A stretch of 64,000 nucleotides of DNA from Botryllus schlosseri (Eukaryota), in assembly GCA_051294905.1 (NCBI GenBank), contig CM119371.1:38876001-38940000 (forward strand), in the 5' to 3' direction. The notes under the pieces are model-generated. The model was not told the origin of the DNA, made no database searches, and saw only the letters and a program-made list of their open reading frames with translations. Shown here in pieces: positions 1-39,373 of this stretch. Each line of letters begins with the position of its first letter. Within the stretch, counting starts at the first letter, position 1. Position numbers and translations under genes: made by a program.

Positions 1-1613
1 CTAATGCATTTGATTGTAGTGACTAATTAGACTAATTAGAGCGAAATGCCGGTAATATATTTCTAATCTAGGGATGAAATGTCTCTGTGCTCTAATTGTA
101 ATTAAAATCTAATTTACGGCTTTCTTGAAAATGCTACAATAGAACTGTAAAGCGCGACACAAGCGAAGCTTGAAAAACGTCAATTTGCAATTCTCGTGTT
201 TTTAAAAGTGATGTATGATTTGATAAGATTGAAAAGCAAATTCATTTTGAGATGAACACGAATTTTTTTGACTGCGAATCGTCAGGGATAACCGTTGAGA
301 ACTGAATTGAATTTGATTCTGCTAATCTGGAATTTATATCTATTTCCAAGTTTTTGCGAATTCGGTCAATATTGGAAGTGCTAAAATTTTTCTAATTTCG
401 CAACTCTGCACTGATTGTTCATTGTCGAAATTCGAAGTCTGTTGTTTAGTGTAGACCAGATCGGGAGTGTCGTCATGTTAAATGTCAGTAGCCTAAATCT
501 CAAGTCACAAAATTGGACACTAGAATACTGATGCTCTTCAGAGTAGGGCTTGGAAAAATTAAGTGGGACAACCTGATGGTTTTGAGTTCGAATACTACGG
601 TGCGGCGAATTGCGGTTTCAAGGCTCCCAAACTATCTCCCTGGTCAGTTTCGCAAATATTCGTCAATCGTATCTTGATAACACGGATGGGCAAGGAATCA
701 CCCTTGCGTAATGGCAGCGTGGTTTGTGGTGATTAAACAAGGGTAAGAAGCCCGTCACCTGAGCAATCAAATTATTCGAATGGCCACAAATCAGCAGTTT
801 AACGGGTACGTGACCATTGACTACATTACGTCATGTCCTTCCCTCGTGTTTGCTCATCAGCATACCTGTGACAGTTGGAATCTATACCCTTGGAATTTGA
901 TACAACTTCGACTGAAATTCTCTCCATTTCAACTCGGAACCACTCTCTGCAAGGCTCGGACAGTATGCAAAAAAAAACACTTAGCAGTAATCGAGAATGC
1001 AACTACTCAATTTTAAAAATTCATTTGTTTTGTTGGTAAATCTTGCTCGAAATATCCAGCTCTCCGTTTGTGAATATTTAGTGACTCTCTGCTGTGAGCT
1101 CGACTCGCAATCGCTCAACATCAAGAACGAAATGCCCTACATCTAGCTAGTCAGCTAATTGTGCTCATTAGGCCCATCAATCACTGAAATTAACGAAATT
1201 GATATAAAGAATGAATCATTGTCGAATGTTAAAATGTAGCAGGCGTGCTGGATCTATCTTGATTTGATTAGATATGTTTATTGTATAAATAAATCTGCCC
1301 GATTGGGGTGTTGCCTGTAATGTATAACTCGTTTTTAAAGTAGGCCTAGTATCTGTAGCAAGTACAGAAATCGGTTTGTCATTCTGATCACTATCAATGT
1401 AGCAATAATCTGACGCTTTAAGAATACATTCTGGTCTGGCCTATACCGTCTAGGCGTAATCTTATATTATCATTCAAGTCCTCGTTGAAATTGTTGTCTA
1501 AGCGACTGAGGCCACTGATTTTATGGAATCAACATAGCATTTGATTGTTCCAGTTGATAATTGTTGCGATGCTTAAAAAGTCAACCTGCACTTCAGCACT
1601 ATGGAATACTGTG

Positions 1614-2019
1614 TAGGGTTACCATACGTCCTCTTGTCCTCTTTTTTGACTTTTTTGAAAGTGTCCTCGGAGGACGCCCTTTTTTTTTGAAAAGTTAAGT
1701 CAGATTTAGAGCAAATTGCGAGTGATATGCCGTAAATTAGCACAGAAGTGACGCCCCAGCGGGTAGGCTATTTCGGAGTGAAAAACGGTGATTTTAGTTG
1801 TGAGCGGAAAGTTGACCTTTTTTTAGTCATCCACCTAGAAATGCGGAGAAAAACGTTATTTTGAGTTCTGAGCGGAGAAAGATGACCTTTTTTTTTAGTC
1901 AACCGATCACAAAGTGAGAAAAATTCACCGGCTTTTGAGAATTCTTCTCCGGTTTTGCAAGTCTCAAATTTCTGAAAAAGTGTCCTTTTTTTAGATTTCC
2001 AAAATATGCTGTAAGCCTA
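1614..2019. mobile_element. hAT-type MITE (TAGGGTTACCATA family) inserted in an old GTGAAC-family copy (~1030-2180)
   Basis: TIR TAGGGTTAC../..GTAAGCCTA with perfect 8-bp TSD ATACTGTG. Relatives near 17194, 31791 and 62240. Confidence 0.8.
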
Positions 2020-3325
2020 ATACTGTGGCTTGAGTCGTTGCTATTGGTATCGTGTAAATATTACTTTGCGGAAATGTGAGCTTTAAATGAGCAATATGAC
2101 GTCACGTGACGTCATACGTTTTCGCTGACTTTTGCGTTCACATAGAACCTTCCATATAGGTTCCCGTTCTAACGAACCAGAATATTTATCAAATATTGAA
2201 TAGCACTCTCATAGATCTGATGCAAAATACTATTAGAAGTCGAGCACGAATAATAAACTCATACAACAGCTTGGAGGATATCTGGTAAATCCAACAATTA
2301 CCTCCCCACTGATTTAAAGTACATGGGGCCATGGCCGTAACTGCCGCATCCCGTTATTATCCAAGCTCGAACGGGGACCAAAATTATTTCGTGAATTAAT
2401 ATAAATTATAGATCATTTTTGGGATATTTATAAAACTTTTTTCAAATTTTATTCACGCTTTGCACGATTTATTGTCGCTGGTAGTCTTTATATTAACATG
2501 GGTGTACCTTCGCCAAGATAAAAAAAACGCATAGTTTATAGAGATAGTCATCTCGGCGTCTGCCATTACTGCGTTACGACACAACAAGACGTTGATAATG
2601 AAGTTTAGACTGACATGCGACTCGACGAAGTGTGCTGCCAAAAAGCTCGGCGGCGATTAAACTTTGATCCAAAAGGACTTCCTCATGTTGACCGAAACCA
2701 TTGTTGAATTTTTCCTTGTCCATAGGCACCTGGATGGATGACGTTTGATTTTCTAGTTCTGGCAATCAGAGCCCCAAATTACAAATGCCTCACGCAGAGA
2801 AAGATTAGACGCCCCGTGAAGAAATACGACTTTGAGAGTCATGTGCGTCGCAATAAAGGAGTTCTTTAGGTCCGGTACGTTCGAGCGATTCCGAAATCTT
2901 TTGACTATCAGACGCGAGGTCACGAAATAACAATACACAACATAACAATGGGCCCGCCCGGAGACGTATAAGTAATAATTATAGGCCCTAAATTTTCAAA
3001 GACACCAGTTCAAAATTTGACAATACTGTAATTTATGCTATTCCAATTTCATTGGCTGAATTACACCAGAAATTAAATTTTTCGCGCTTCGTGAGAGTAA
3101 TCAAAAATACTTCCCTAACCAGCGATAACAAGGATCTATCGTCGTGCTAACATACGTCGCAGAGGGGGATCTCGGGCGATGAACGTCCAAAAGTTTGTTT
3201 TATCACCCTATGGGGGTCCGAGAACAGCGTTTCGTGGGGACTGACGAAATGCTGTTACGGTTCTGCATGTATAACAAATAAAATATTATTTCTGTTGCAA
3301 TAACCAGCGTATACTTCCATTTCAG

Positions 3326-29593
<26,268 letters not shown>

Positions 29594-30118
29594 GACAAAA
29601 ATTCAATGCGTGTGAATAATTGAGATGCGAATTTAGTAGTTCACCCAGGGTGTTGTTTACCCGTGGCTTTACATGTCGAGATTACTTCCATATTTTCTGT
29701 TATTGCCTGTTGTCATCATTCCAATTTTCATTTCTGGGACGGTATGCATACTTTTTGCACGGAAGCTTGTTTCCGGGCTATGACCAGTATCATATGAAGC
29801 TTTGTTGCAGATCTCGTCGTTTCATGTAGTACGATGCAACACTAAAGTGTTGACTATATTTCTTCAATCCTACATTTCCATTGTAATCGCTTCAAAAATA
29901 CCGAAGAAAAAAACTTTCTTGCATCTAAGTCGTGCATTTACGGTATAATTCGATGTCATATGACGGTATTTTTAATTTCCGCTGGTGTTGTGCACTAGTG
30001 CACATATACGTTTGTCTTAATTAAAGCCTTTATCTGATATAGGGTGCAGTCGGCATTTTTCGCGAACGCACTACTGTCTTAACGAAATTCTTACTTTTGG
30101 CTAATGAAGAATGATGAG

Positions 30119-30563
30119 CAGGGCAAGTTTTTGTTGCAGTTAAATCCGTGGAAAGTTGCATTTATTTTTTGAAAAAGGTTACGGAAATTGCATTTTGACC
30201 ACATTTTTTTGCTCGGTTGAGTAAAACAAATAAGGTCAACTTCCCAGATTGACTAAAAAAAAGGTCAATTTTCCGGATCAGCTCCCGAAAAACCCGTAAA
30301 AGCGCTACTTCGGTGCTGATTTACAGTGTTTCAGTCGAATTTGGCTGTGTATTTCACCAAAATCGAAAATACTTTCATGAAAAATCGAGAAAGTTGCAAA
30401 ATGTTGCAAAAAGTTGCATGAAAGAAATGGACATAAGTTGCAAAAAGTTGCAAAATAAGATTCCTTCAAACAGCTTAAAACAGCATCCTACATATCTTAC
30501 GAGTATTTAGGAGGCTGCCGGAAGCTGTAAAAAAAGTTGCAAAAGTTGCAAAAACTTGTCCTA
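30119..30563. mobile_element. hAT-type MITE, AAGTTGCA family
   Basis: TIR CAGGGCAAGTTTTTG/CAAAAACTTGTCCTA, perfect TSD ATGATGAG; a second copy lies at 40087-40627. Confidence 0.85.
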
Positions 30564-30925
30564 ATGATGAGTATAGTAGTAGTGCGTCATAGTACCGATG
30601 TCTCCGAAGTGACACTTGCTAGTGCAGGACTTCAATATACAATTGATGAATATATTTATACCTATATAAACCCGAATAGTTTAGGCTGACACTAGTTCGA
30701 TGTATTCGTCAGTATTTAAGTCAACTATTCCAATCCACCGTTCTAGCCATAAAGCAGAATGTCAATTAGCAGTGACATTTTCAAGCATGTTCGCTAGTGA
30801 ACTATTTCAGCAGGTAAATCTCCTATTGGTCAAGAGTAGCACTCTCGAATCTCGTCCGTTAGAGCCAATGCAGTACGCGGACACTCATAAAACGATACGC
30901 ATTTAAAGGTGATTAGTGCAAGTTC

Positions 30926-31503
30926 CAGGGTTGTAATGACTCGAGTCGAGTCAGACTCGAGTCACGATTTTCTTATGACTCGACTTGACTCGAGTCATTT
31001 TCACAAAGTACGGAAATGACTCGACTCGAGTCAATCTGTGTATTGACTCGACTTGGACTCGAGTCATTACGCATGACTCGAACCAAGTCATTGACTCGAG
31101 ACTCAGACGGCCAAGACCGACATTTCATTGTAATTTCGAAGAATAGTAAAGTAGCCACCCTATTGTGATTTAGTCTATTGGTACTTGTACTTTAAAATGC
31201 GACCACAAACGTTCAAGAGTGAGGAAAATTAGTATATTATAAATGCGAGCCATTCGATATCACCAAACAGAGTTACAAAAGTGGGTTTAACATAACTTCA
31301 ACTGGAAACTGAGCAGTCAACAGAATGACTTGGACTCGGAGTCGTGTCATAATACAATGACTTGGACTTGAACCTCTGCTCGATGACTTGGACTCGGACT
31401 TGACTCGGTGGTGAATTGAAAATGACTCGACTTGACTCGAGTCAAAACTATAAAAGTGAGATTGACTTATGACTCGGAGCCTTCTGACTTGGTTACAACC
31501 CTG
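30926..31503. mobile_element. MITE, GACTCGAGTC-rich family
   Basis: TIR CAGGGTTGTAA/TTACAACCCTG, perfect TSD GCAAGTTC. Confidence 0.88.
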
Positions 31504-31790
31504 GCAAGTTCCGCTGGGAAGTCATTAACGAGATAAGCTTACTTTCGCCTCCGCTTACCGCTCACTGTTAAAATGCGTGCCGAGCTCATAAGAGATGTTT
31601 TGATATGAGCTATGACTATGATGGCTAAAACAATTCCAATTATAGTAGCATCCCGGAATTTAATAATTTCAAATATATTTGTATTGTTTCAGGTATAATA
31701 TTAGATTCTCGAGGCAACCCAACAACATTTATATTCGTATCGAGCCTCGACAGAAAATATAGCTATGTGTTGGAAGATAGCATCGGTAGC

Positions 31791-32123
31791 TAGGGTTACC
31801 ATACGTCTTCCTTTAGGAGGATTTGTAATCCTTTTTCAGGTTTTTGAAAATGTCCTCCGAGGACGCCTAAATGTTCTACTTTTTGAGATTTTGTCCTCTT
31901 TTTGAGAATTTTGGTTAAATATAGGGCAAAATCCGACTGAGATACAGTAAATCTGCACTGAAGTAACGCTCCGGCGGCTATTTCGGGAGAAGACCCGGAA
32001 AGTTGACCTTTTATTGTTATAGTCAACCGACCACGAAGTGGGAAAAATTTACCATTTTTTCAAGATTTTCCTCCGTTTTGACAAAGTGTCCTCCTTTCCC
32101 GAATCCAAAATATGGTTACCCCA
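31791..32123. mobile_element. hAT-type MITE (TAGGGTTACCATA family)
   Basis: TIR TAGGGTTACCATA/TATGGTTACCCCA, TSD TCGGTAGC/TCGATAGC. Confidence 0.75.
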
Positions 32124-32904
32124 TCGATAGCGGACAAGGTGTCCAAAATTATATCAAGATACTAGGAATCTTAGTAACTTTACAATTCGTCCCTATACGT
32201 ACGCTCAGGTTAAAATTCATCTCCAGGAAATAATGTGTTGGAATTGACCGACGTAGAACAATGGCGTACAGTCAGGCCATAATTCATGTCATGCAGTCAC
32301 GAAGTCCGCAACAAGTGTTAAGCTTGGCGATGGGCAAGTTGTGAAGGCCACAAACGTGACAACATATGGTATATGAGCTATTGCATTCATTCACAGATCA
32401 ATTTTGAGTCGCGTGCGTTTTTGCATTACTGCGTGTAACGCGTATCATGTTTTTATTGTGACGAAGTCCATTAGCATGACAAGAGTGCTAAACAGATGGA
32501 GTGTTGCAAACAATATTTAATATCAATATTCGTCAGATTATATACACACGCTGTACAATGCGACATACAAAGACATACAATGTGATGTGATGAACAGATC
32601 GGAAGATGCCGAAACGACCCGCAATTGCGGTCTCTCAATCTGGCATCCAACTCAGCTAGTTGGCTAGTATTCATTACTGAGATTTTTTGTCGCCGTAAGG
32701 AAAACGACATGCGGGAGAGGAGGCTAGAATAACCTCTGATGATGGGACTGAAACCCGGGTTGCCTGCATAGATGGCTCCGAGGCTCACCATGGAAATCGA
32801 CCCATATTGTAAATATTAAGGAGAATGATCATCTAACAATGTGACAAATGTCTCAGTTATCCACGAAAGTCCATATCATTGAGTTTGTCGGGCGTCAATT
32901 ACTT

Positions 32905-35397
32905 TCAAGTCCATCCATCGTTTCCTAACCTTCTGCGAAACTTCATCTCCACGTAGCGCAATAGTCTGTAGGAACCATCACCCCACCAGAGCCCCGCCCC
33001 GCCTGTTGTGCGAAAGTTTCCATTCAGATTGCTCTCAGCGCACGCAACAAACCACCAGCCTCCCTGATAATGAATAGCGCAATTCCCCTCTGACCAAGAA
33101 TCGTGATCGGCGTCTTTCGTTGAGAACTGACGATTGTTCTGATGCGAGAAAGAATCGCGGCTTGCGTTACCGGAGTATCCGGATACGGCCAGTTTGTACT
33201 TGTCGGAGCTCGGTCCGATTCGGAAATTGCTGAAAGGTTGAGAAATGCTGTGAGTGTTATGATTGCAGGAATAATTATCACATCGCTACATCACACTCTG
33301 CCATGAATGTGGCTATTCGCCAGTGTTGGTAATTCAGATTCAAAATGGAAGACATACGAATTTATGCAGTCTTAGCCAATGGATATTACACCTGTAGGCA
33401 CCTTGTATGCTTTCCTTCGTTATTTTGTTTCCCCAATTAACATCCATGGTCAAAATTTGTAAATTATTTGAGGCGTCAAAGAAAAGCTTGCCTGTATTTA
33501 GCCACCCAATGAGTTCCTGTATCTTTCGTCACCATGTTGATTTCCAATTCCATATTTCCTTCCTTTGTCATTTCGTGCAATTTGTCGAGTCCTGGACACA
33601 AACATTGTGAAATTATTAATGGCTTTGGTTTTGAATCCAACTACTTTGCTAGGCGACAATGCTATTACCATAACCATCTACATGACGTACGTAATTTTGT
33701 TCAATACCGACTGAGGTTGACTGCTCAGATAATAATAGCAAGTGTTGAAGATCGAACAAATCCTGTCACTTGAAATAATCAATCTAAATTCAGGATCTTC
33801 CCACCGAGCCAAAAATTTCCTTCCCTTTTCCCGAATCCTTTTACGTAATCATCCCAACCTCTGTTGAAATCTACATCTGCATTCATTCGTCGCTGGAAAA
33901 CCTACAACGGAATGCATAGCGAATAATCAAAGTTTCAGATTGGCGAAGCGACTGCCGCGGTGTGTTAAGCGACACGGTCACGGCACCAATGTCATGCCTC
34001 TTTGTGTCGGAAGTTAATCTGGGCTCCTCGCAGTTGACCTCACTGCGTATGAGGTGTCGTACGAAAAGCCCAGATGAATCAAGTAAAGTCGAGCTTCAAA
34101 AATCGGCAGCAACAGACATTGACGAGGGCGCATGGAAAAGAGAGAGAGAGAGAGAGAGAGATAAGGATGAATGAATGAATGAATGCGTGACTGAAAGTAG
34201 TCCCTAAAGCGTACCAAATGCATTCGGACATTAAAACATTCATTGCAGTGACGCAAATAACTTGGAAAAGCGATAAGCTGCCAAAGTTATTCAATAGAAC
34301 AAGAACAACGAAGTTTCGGAAATCTGATGAATCCTCTTCTTGAGTCCGTACCTGGTCATGGTTCAAACTTGGAGACAAGACCCTATCTATCTTAAACCAG
34401 TGGTGGCCCACTCAAAACGGGTCGCGCGCCACTTTTCAAATTTCATAGAGGTCGCGGGCTGCAAGAACTCAATATCGAGACAAAATAGACCACACTTTTA
34501 GCAACCTATTTTTGTACTTATTTACGTCAGTGCAAAGCTGTGCTCTCTAGCAAGGGCAACGGTCATTGTTCCAATAAAAGAAGTGATATTTTACTGAAGG
34601 AACATAAATTCCACAAAAAATATCATGATCATCAATTTAAGATTACTTTGACATATGGGCTGTACACGATACCCGACGACGCTTTTCAACAACTAAGAAA
34701 TCGATGTTAGGTATAGTGAGACACTATACTAGCTGAAATACTATCTCCCTGTTAATATCAATCTTGTGGGGAGCACTGAGTCCTTTTCTAAGCGTCTCGG
34801 TCTTTGTAGTGTCTCAGCAATTGCACGTGGTGGCATTGTGCACCATTTGCATTTCATATCAGCGGATTCCCCTCGATTGAATGTTGTAGGCACGGGAGAA
34901 TAGCTTATTTTCAAACAGCAACAACAACATTTTGGAACTGAAATCAATTTCAGCATTTCCGAATGCTTTACGTTGCTTTCTTCGAAAATGTGAACTGCGA
35001 TCACGGGTCACGTGTTGGTGAGCCCAGTCGTAAACTGAGCTTGCTCATGACGCCGCATCTTTGAGATAGTTCAAGTTATACCCACAGTCCATTTCTTTTC
35101 CTCCTCCTCCGCTATGAGTTGAAGTTCCTGCATTATATCCGACATCATTTCTGGACCCTTAGCGAAACGTACACAGGATAGAAGAACGTTCCGTGGTGAC
35201 GTTAAGCAACTTATATACTAACCTGACAATCACTCTCTGAAATCCATTTACCGTTGACATATCTTCTCATGCAAACTTGTGCTGAAAGTTACAAATTTCA
35301 AACTGATTCAAATTCCTACACGAATTCATGCTATACCTGACGAACGCGCGTAGATTACGAGTACAAAAATCAAAAGTATCCAAATGTTGAGCAACAT
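32905..35397 (-). CDS. Secreted fibrinogen-related domain protein (ficolin/MFAP4/tachylectin-like FReD), 6 exons, ~237 aa
   Basis: Minus-strand exons: 35397-35337 (signal peptide [21 protein letters not shown]), 35281-35223 ([19 protein letters not shown]), 35157-35086 ([24 protein letters not shown]), 33901-33805 ([33 protein letters not shown]), 33591-33492 ([12 protein letters not shown]), 33229-32905 ([54 protein letters not shown]..stop). Canonical FBG C-terminal motifs. The exon 2/3 junction has one alternative phase-compatible solution. Confidence 0.88.
33943..34204 (+). mobile_element. SINE-like element (family 2) containing (AG)n and (GAAT)n microsatellites
   Basis: Aligns with the reverse complement of 58430-58600 (TGTGTCGGA.GTTAATCTGGGCTCCTC, AAGTAAAGTCGAGCTT). 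Confidence 0.6.
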
Positions 35398-35885
35398 TTT
35401 CTGAAAAAAACTTGATATTCAATAGCAGCAGCCGTGGCGATGTGTATCGTACTGTGTAATCCGTGTTTCCTAAAATGTTCAATCGCTGTCATATCTAATA
35501 CCGTGGCGTAAAATCAGATATAGTGGAATTTCAAACAGTATGACATATGCACGTGGCACACATCGTAGTTCTTTATTATTTTCGACCTTATGCTGTCTAA
35601 CATACGTTTTGTTGCTGCTACTGAATATGTGTTATTTAAAACACAAGTCACATCAGCAGCACTGCGCTTTTACTTAAAAGCGAAACTAAGGCTCAGCATG
35701 CAGCTACTACATCCCTCATATCCGTATGGGATGAGTAATAATAAGCAATGAGCAACACAGCGATAAAATATTGCTTATTGGAAAGTACAGCAATGGGAGA
35801 CACTCATATCCATGGTCAGAACACTGGAGAAGCCCACGTTTATTCCTCCCTTCGACACAATGATACAATTACATCAGATAATGGT

Positions 35886-36135
35886 GGCGAGATAGCGCAG
35901 TGGTATAATCTGCGGCTGCAACACGAATGGGTGCGGGTTCGAGTCCGACTTCAGAATTCCGATACCTAAGTGTTGGAGGTTTATCTAGGCTCCTCCTTGC
36001 CAGCGGTGCCTTGCAAAACGCCTAGAGGTGGGCCGTGCTATATGTCGGCAGTTATGGAAAATAAGAAGATTTATCGACCTGTAAATGACCATAATAGTCG
36101 ACAAACACCATGAATACCCCATACCAAACAAACAT
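35886..36135 (+). mobile_element. tRNA-derived SINE (family 1)
   Basis: A box TAGCGCAGTGG and B box GGTTCGAGTCC, no intact cloverleaf; body shared with the minus-strand copy at ~51265-51516. Confidence 0.7.
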
Positions 36136-37111
36136 CGGGTAATGAACCTACAGATGGATGGGAATCACGAGGCTGCAAGCGCAATCGGACAACTTTAGCA
36201 ATTTTAGGTAGCTTGCTTCGTAAATACATATTGTAATGCTATATGACGAGACCAGAGCGGGTAATTTAGGGAAAGTGGTCCTAAAAAGCTACTGTCAAAT
36301 TGAATTCGAAACTTGACGTTATAATCTGGTCAGGGCATTGCTACTACCCCAAAATTCTCCGCAACACCAAAATTGCCATTGCTTCGAACAATGGAGTGCC
36401 GTAACAATGACCTAAAGGAGATGCTATTGCCTCCAATTGACCATAGTACTGAATTATGCGAATAAACAGTTAGCGTAAAAAGCAAGTCACTTCATACCCG
36501 AACGCGTAAAATATCTCGCCGGTATAGCTTCCCTGCAAACAGCTGTCGCATTTTCGATATTTAGCTTCATTTGGACGGATTCTACAATGTTTTATAGTCC
36601 ATAAACGTGATAACATGACGGTTGACGGTACATAAGCTATTACGTTTGGCACACTTCATTTTGGTGTCGTGAGCACTATTGCATCATTGAATGTAAACTG
36701 TGTCACGTAGTTTTTGTTGTGACGAAGTCCATTATCACTACCGCACGCGTCGACTGTGGCGTATGTCGATGTTTGGCGAAACCGCATCGAAGCGTGAATC
36801 TATAAATAGGTCTACCGGGTTTGGTAAACAATATTTCGCAACGTATTAATATGTGAGGACTCTGTGCTAGGAAGACTTTGGTATTTAGTCTGATAAACTT
36901 TCATGAAGTATCGTTAGTTAGGTTGACATATATGATTGGTACGAGATCAGTACAGCATGACATAGGTATAGTGGGCCTGTATTTGACTACTGTTTGAATT
37001 CACCGTAATATGACTTTATTGCAAGAGGATTGGGAGGTATTGGATGTCTTGGGATAACCATCCTTGTAATTTTGTGTTTCATTCAGAATAGATAAATAAG
37101 AGTCATTATTC

Positions 37112-38848
37112 ATGGATAAACTTGCTCTGAACTTACGCAAACCTTCGTCAAACTGCTACGCAAACCTCACACGATTCGCCTTAGCTGCAAATAAGCCTTT
37201 GGGGAGAAATGCTGTGAGACTTTTGCAGGTAAGAGCGTTACTGTAGCGTAGATACCAATATGTTGAAAATTGTTGACCTCGATCCAAATTCTCAGCATGA
37301 CATACATCGGTTATTGCCTTGGTTTACGATACTGCCATAGAGTCCATCATTGGAGCAGTAAACACAAGCAAATCGCACGCATCATTGCGCCTACATCAAA
37401 ACACCACAACGTCACAATGAAAATTTGATGCTTCTTTTAGGAGGGTACAATCAGTCAGCAGTGTTTAATTTTTGTATTCAGTCGTACAAGAGCGTTCGAT
37501 GGATGCCGGTTTTATAGAATTTGACGTTCGGAAAGACAAACCAAACATTGCCATAGTTCCACTTGATCATAAAGAGAGAATGTTGCTAACCTTTGTCTGT
37601 ACCAGTGATTCTTTGGTGCCATATCGAAAATTATGCTGACCGGTTGCATAGAAACAAAAGATTATCACAGTAATGCCGGTGCACTGAAAAAAGCGACTGA
37701 TTCCTCCTCGCCACCAGCGATGCCGGAAAAAGAAACTAACAATAGCATGCGGTTTCATAAAATTTGGCAGCTCATTAATCAGAATAAAGGATATCGGTCT
37801 GGTCTAAAATCACCATTGATATCGAAGCATTTTGAATAGCCTACTTAAAAAACAACAAGCAACAGCCATGGTTCATTGCGCTGGGGTCAACGTCAATAGT
37901 GCCCCCGGCAGTTTTAATCGCTGTCAAGAGTGAAATCCTCGTAACAACTGCGTGAAATAGACCTTCTATCACGTTAGTTGAATATTACTTTCTATCTAAT
38001 ATTTTTTAATTATATTTTCGAAGACTGTCGATATTTGTATTGTTGTCAGTCAATTATGGTTAATCACGAATATGGATACTTAAAATTTGGAATTTGCCAC
38101 CGTTTATTTAATAAAACTTAGTCAACTATCAAAAAATCTACTTTTCAAACTGATTCCACAAGTTCATTTCCAACCATTTTAAAATGTCTTTTCTACTTTC
38201 ATTAGCAGTAGTTTCGATTTGTGTTGAAATTAAAATTTCGACCTGTAACTGGGTAGCAATTAATGACAAAAAGTTAAGGCTTTAACTACATCTGATGATA
38301 AATATGGCCACCTCAATATATTTTCGATATAGATCGAACCACACCACAAAGTGTTGGAAGTTGGCTTTGGTCCGGGACACGGTCTTGGATACGCGCTCAA
38401 TCAAAGTCTTCGAAACGGACCCGGACAAATCGTGGGAGTCGATTTTTCGTCTTTTGTGTGCGACCGCGCGAGGAAACAATTTGCCGCCGAAATCTCGACT
38501 GGGAAAGTCAAAATCATGGCTGATAACGTGACGTCGATGAGCCTACCGGACAGCGAATTCGATAAAGTGTTTCACACCAACAGCCATCTCTATTGGCCGG
38601 ATCTCCCCTCTGCCTGTAAGGAATTAAATAGAGTCATGAAACCAGGTGCTAAAATGGTGACCGTGATGAATCTTGTAAGAATTGAAAAAATCTCGAGACG
38701 AATGGGAGCTTTGAAATACGCCCCGAACCTTTTCCCTGAAGGATACATGAGCAGTTTGGCCGCGTCTGGATTCGAGAACATTCAAACGATCGAAATCAAA
38801 CGCCGGTTTATGCCTAGTTTACATGCTGTGATTTGTAGCAAGACATGA
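37112..38848 (+). CDS. Class I SAM-dependent methyltransferase (Methyltransf_11 / YdaC-like), 2 exons, ~210 aa
   Basis: Exon 37112-37228 (MDKLALNLRKPS..NAVRLLQ|gtaaga) joins exon 38333-38848 in phase 0. Motif I VLEVGFGPG, acidic GVDFS, SEFDKVFHTN, ELNRVMKPGAKMV. Confidence 0.85.
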
Positions 38849-39290
38849 TTTTGCAGAATTCGTAGAAATAACTGCTCGCGATAATATGGTGTTTTGTGGA
38901 AATTAAATGCATCTTCGTTGTTGAGCTGATGTATGACCGTAATTATGAATTTCACTTCTAATACCTATTTTGCCATTAATTCTACAATCAAAATCTGCCA
39001 TCTAGTTTTTACCATCAGGAATACTTTTCGCTGAAGCCATCTGTTTGCATCGAATGTTCAAATTTTCATACCGCTGACGTCATATATGGTAATACGATTG
39101 TTAAGATACAATGTAATTTTTCAATTCTATATTGCTCGCGAATACCAAGGACGAGTGTCAGCCGAAATTGTTCGAGTCAAATATGTTAATCAATTGTAGG
39201 CTATATTGCAGTTCACCAACTCCAAGCGTCTCTTCAGCTATCAAATCTGCAAAAAGGTGTTGTATGGTACGGCGGATAGTGCATCCGTCA

Positions 39291-39373
39291 ACTGGGTTGG
39301 CCGAGTGGTTAAGGCGTTGGACTTAAGTTCCAATGGGCGAATGCCCGCGTGGGTTCGAACCCCACACCCAGTA
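39291..39373 (+). tRNA. tRNA-Leu (anticodon TAA)
   Basis: Acceptor stem ACTGGGT/ACCCAGT, A box TGGCCGAGTGG, anticodon arm TTGGA-CTTAAGT-TCCAA, long variable arm GGGC-GAAT-GCCC, B box GGTTCGAACCC, discriminator A, TTTT run shortly downstream. Confidence 0.95.

Noticed and set aside
33024..33281. 85-aa minus-strand ORF from the track
   Set aside because: Wrong frame; the true coding frame here is the last FReD exon.
35886..35960. Possible tRNA gene
   Set aside because: A and B boxes are present but there is no paired acceptor stem, and it continues into a repeated SINE body.
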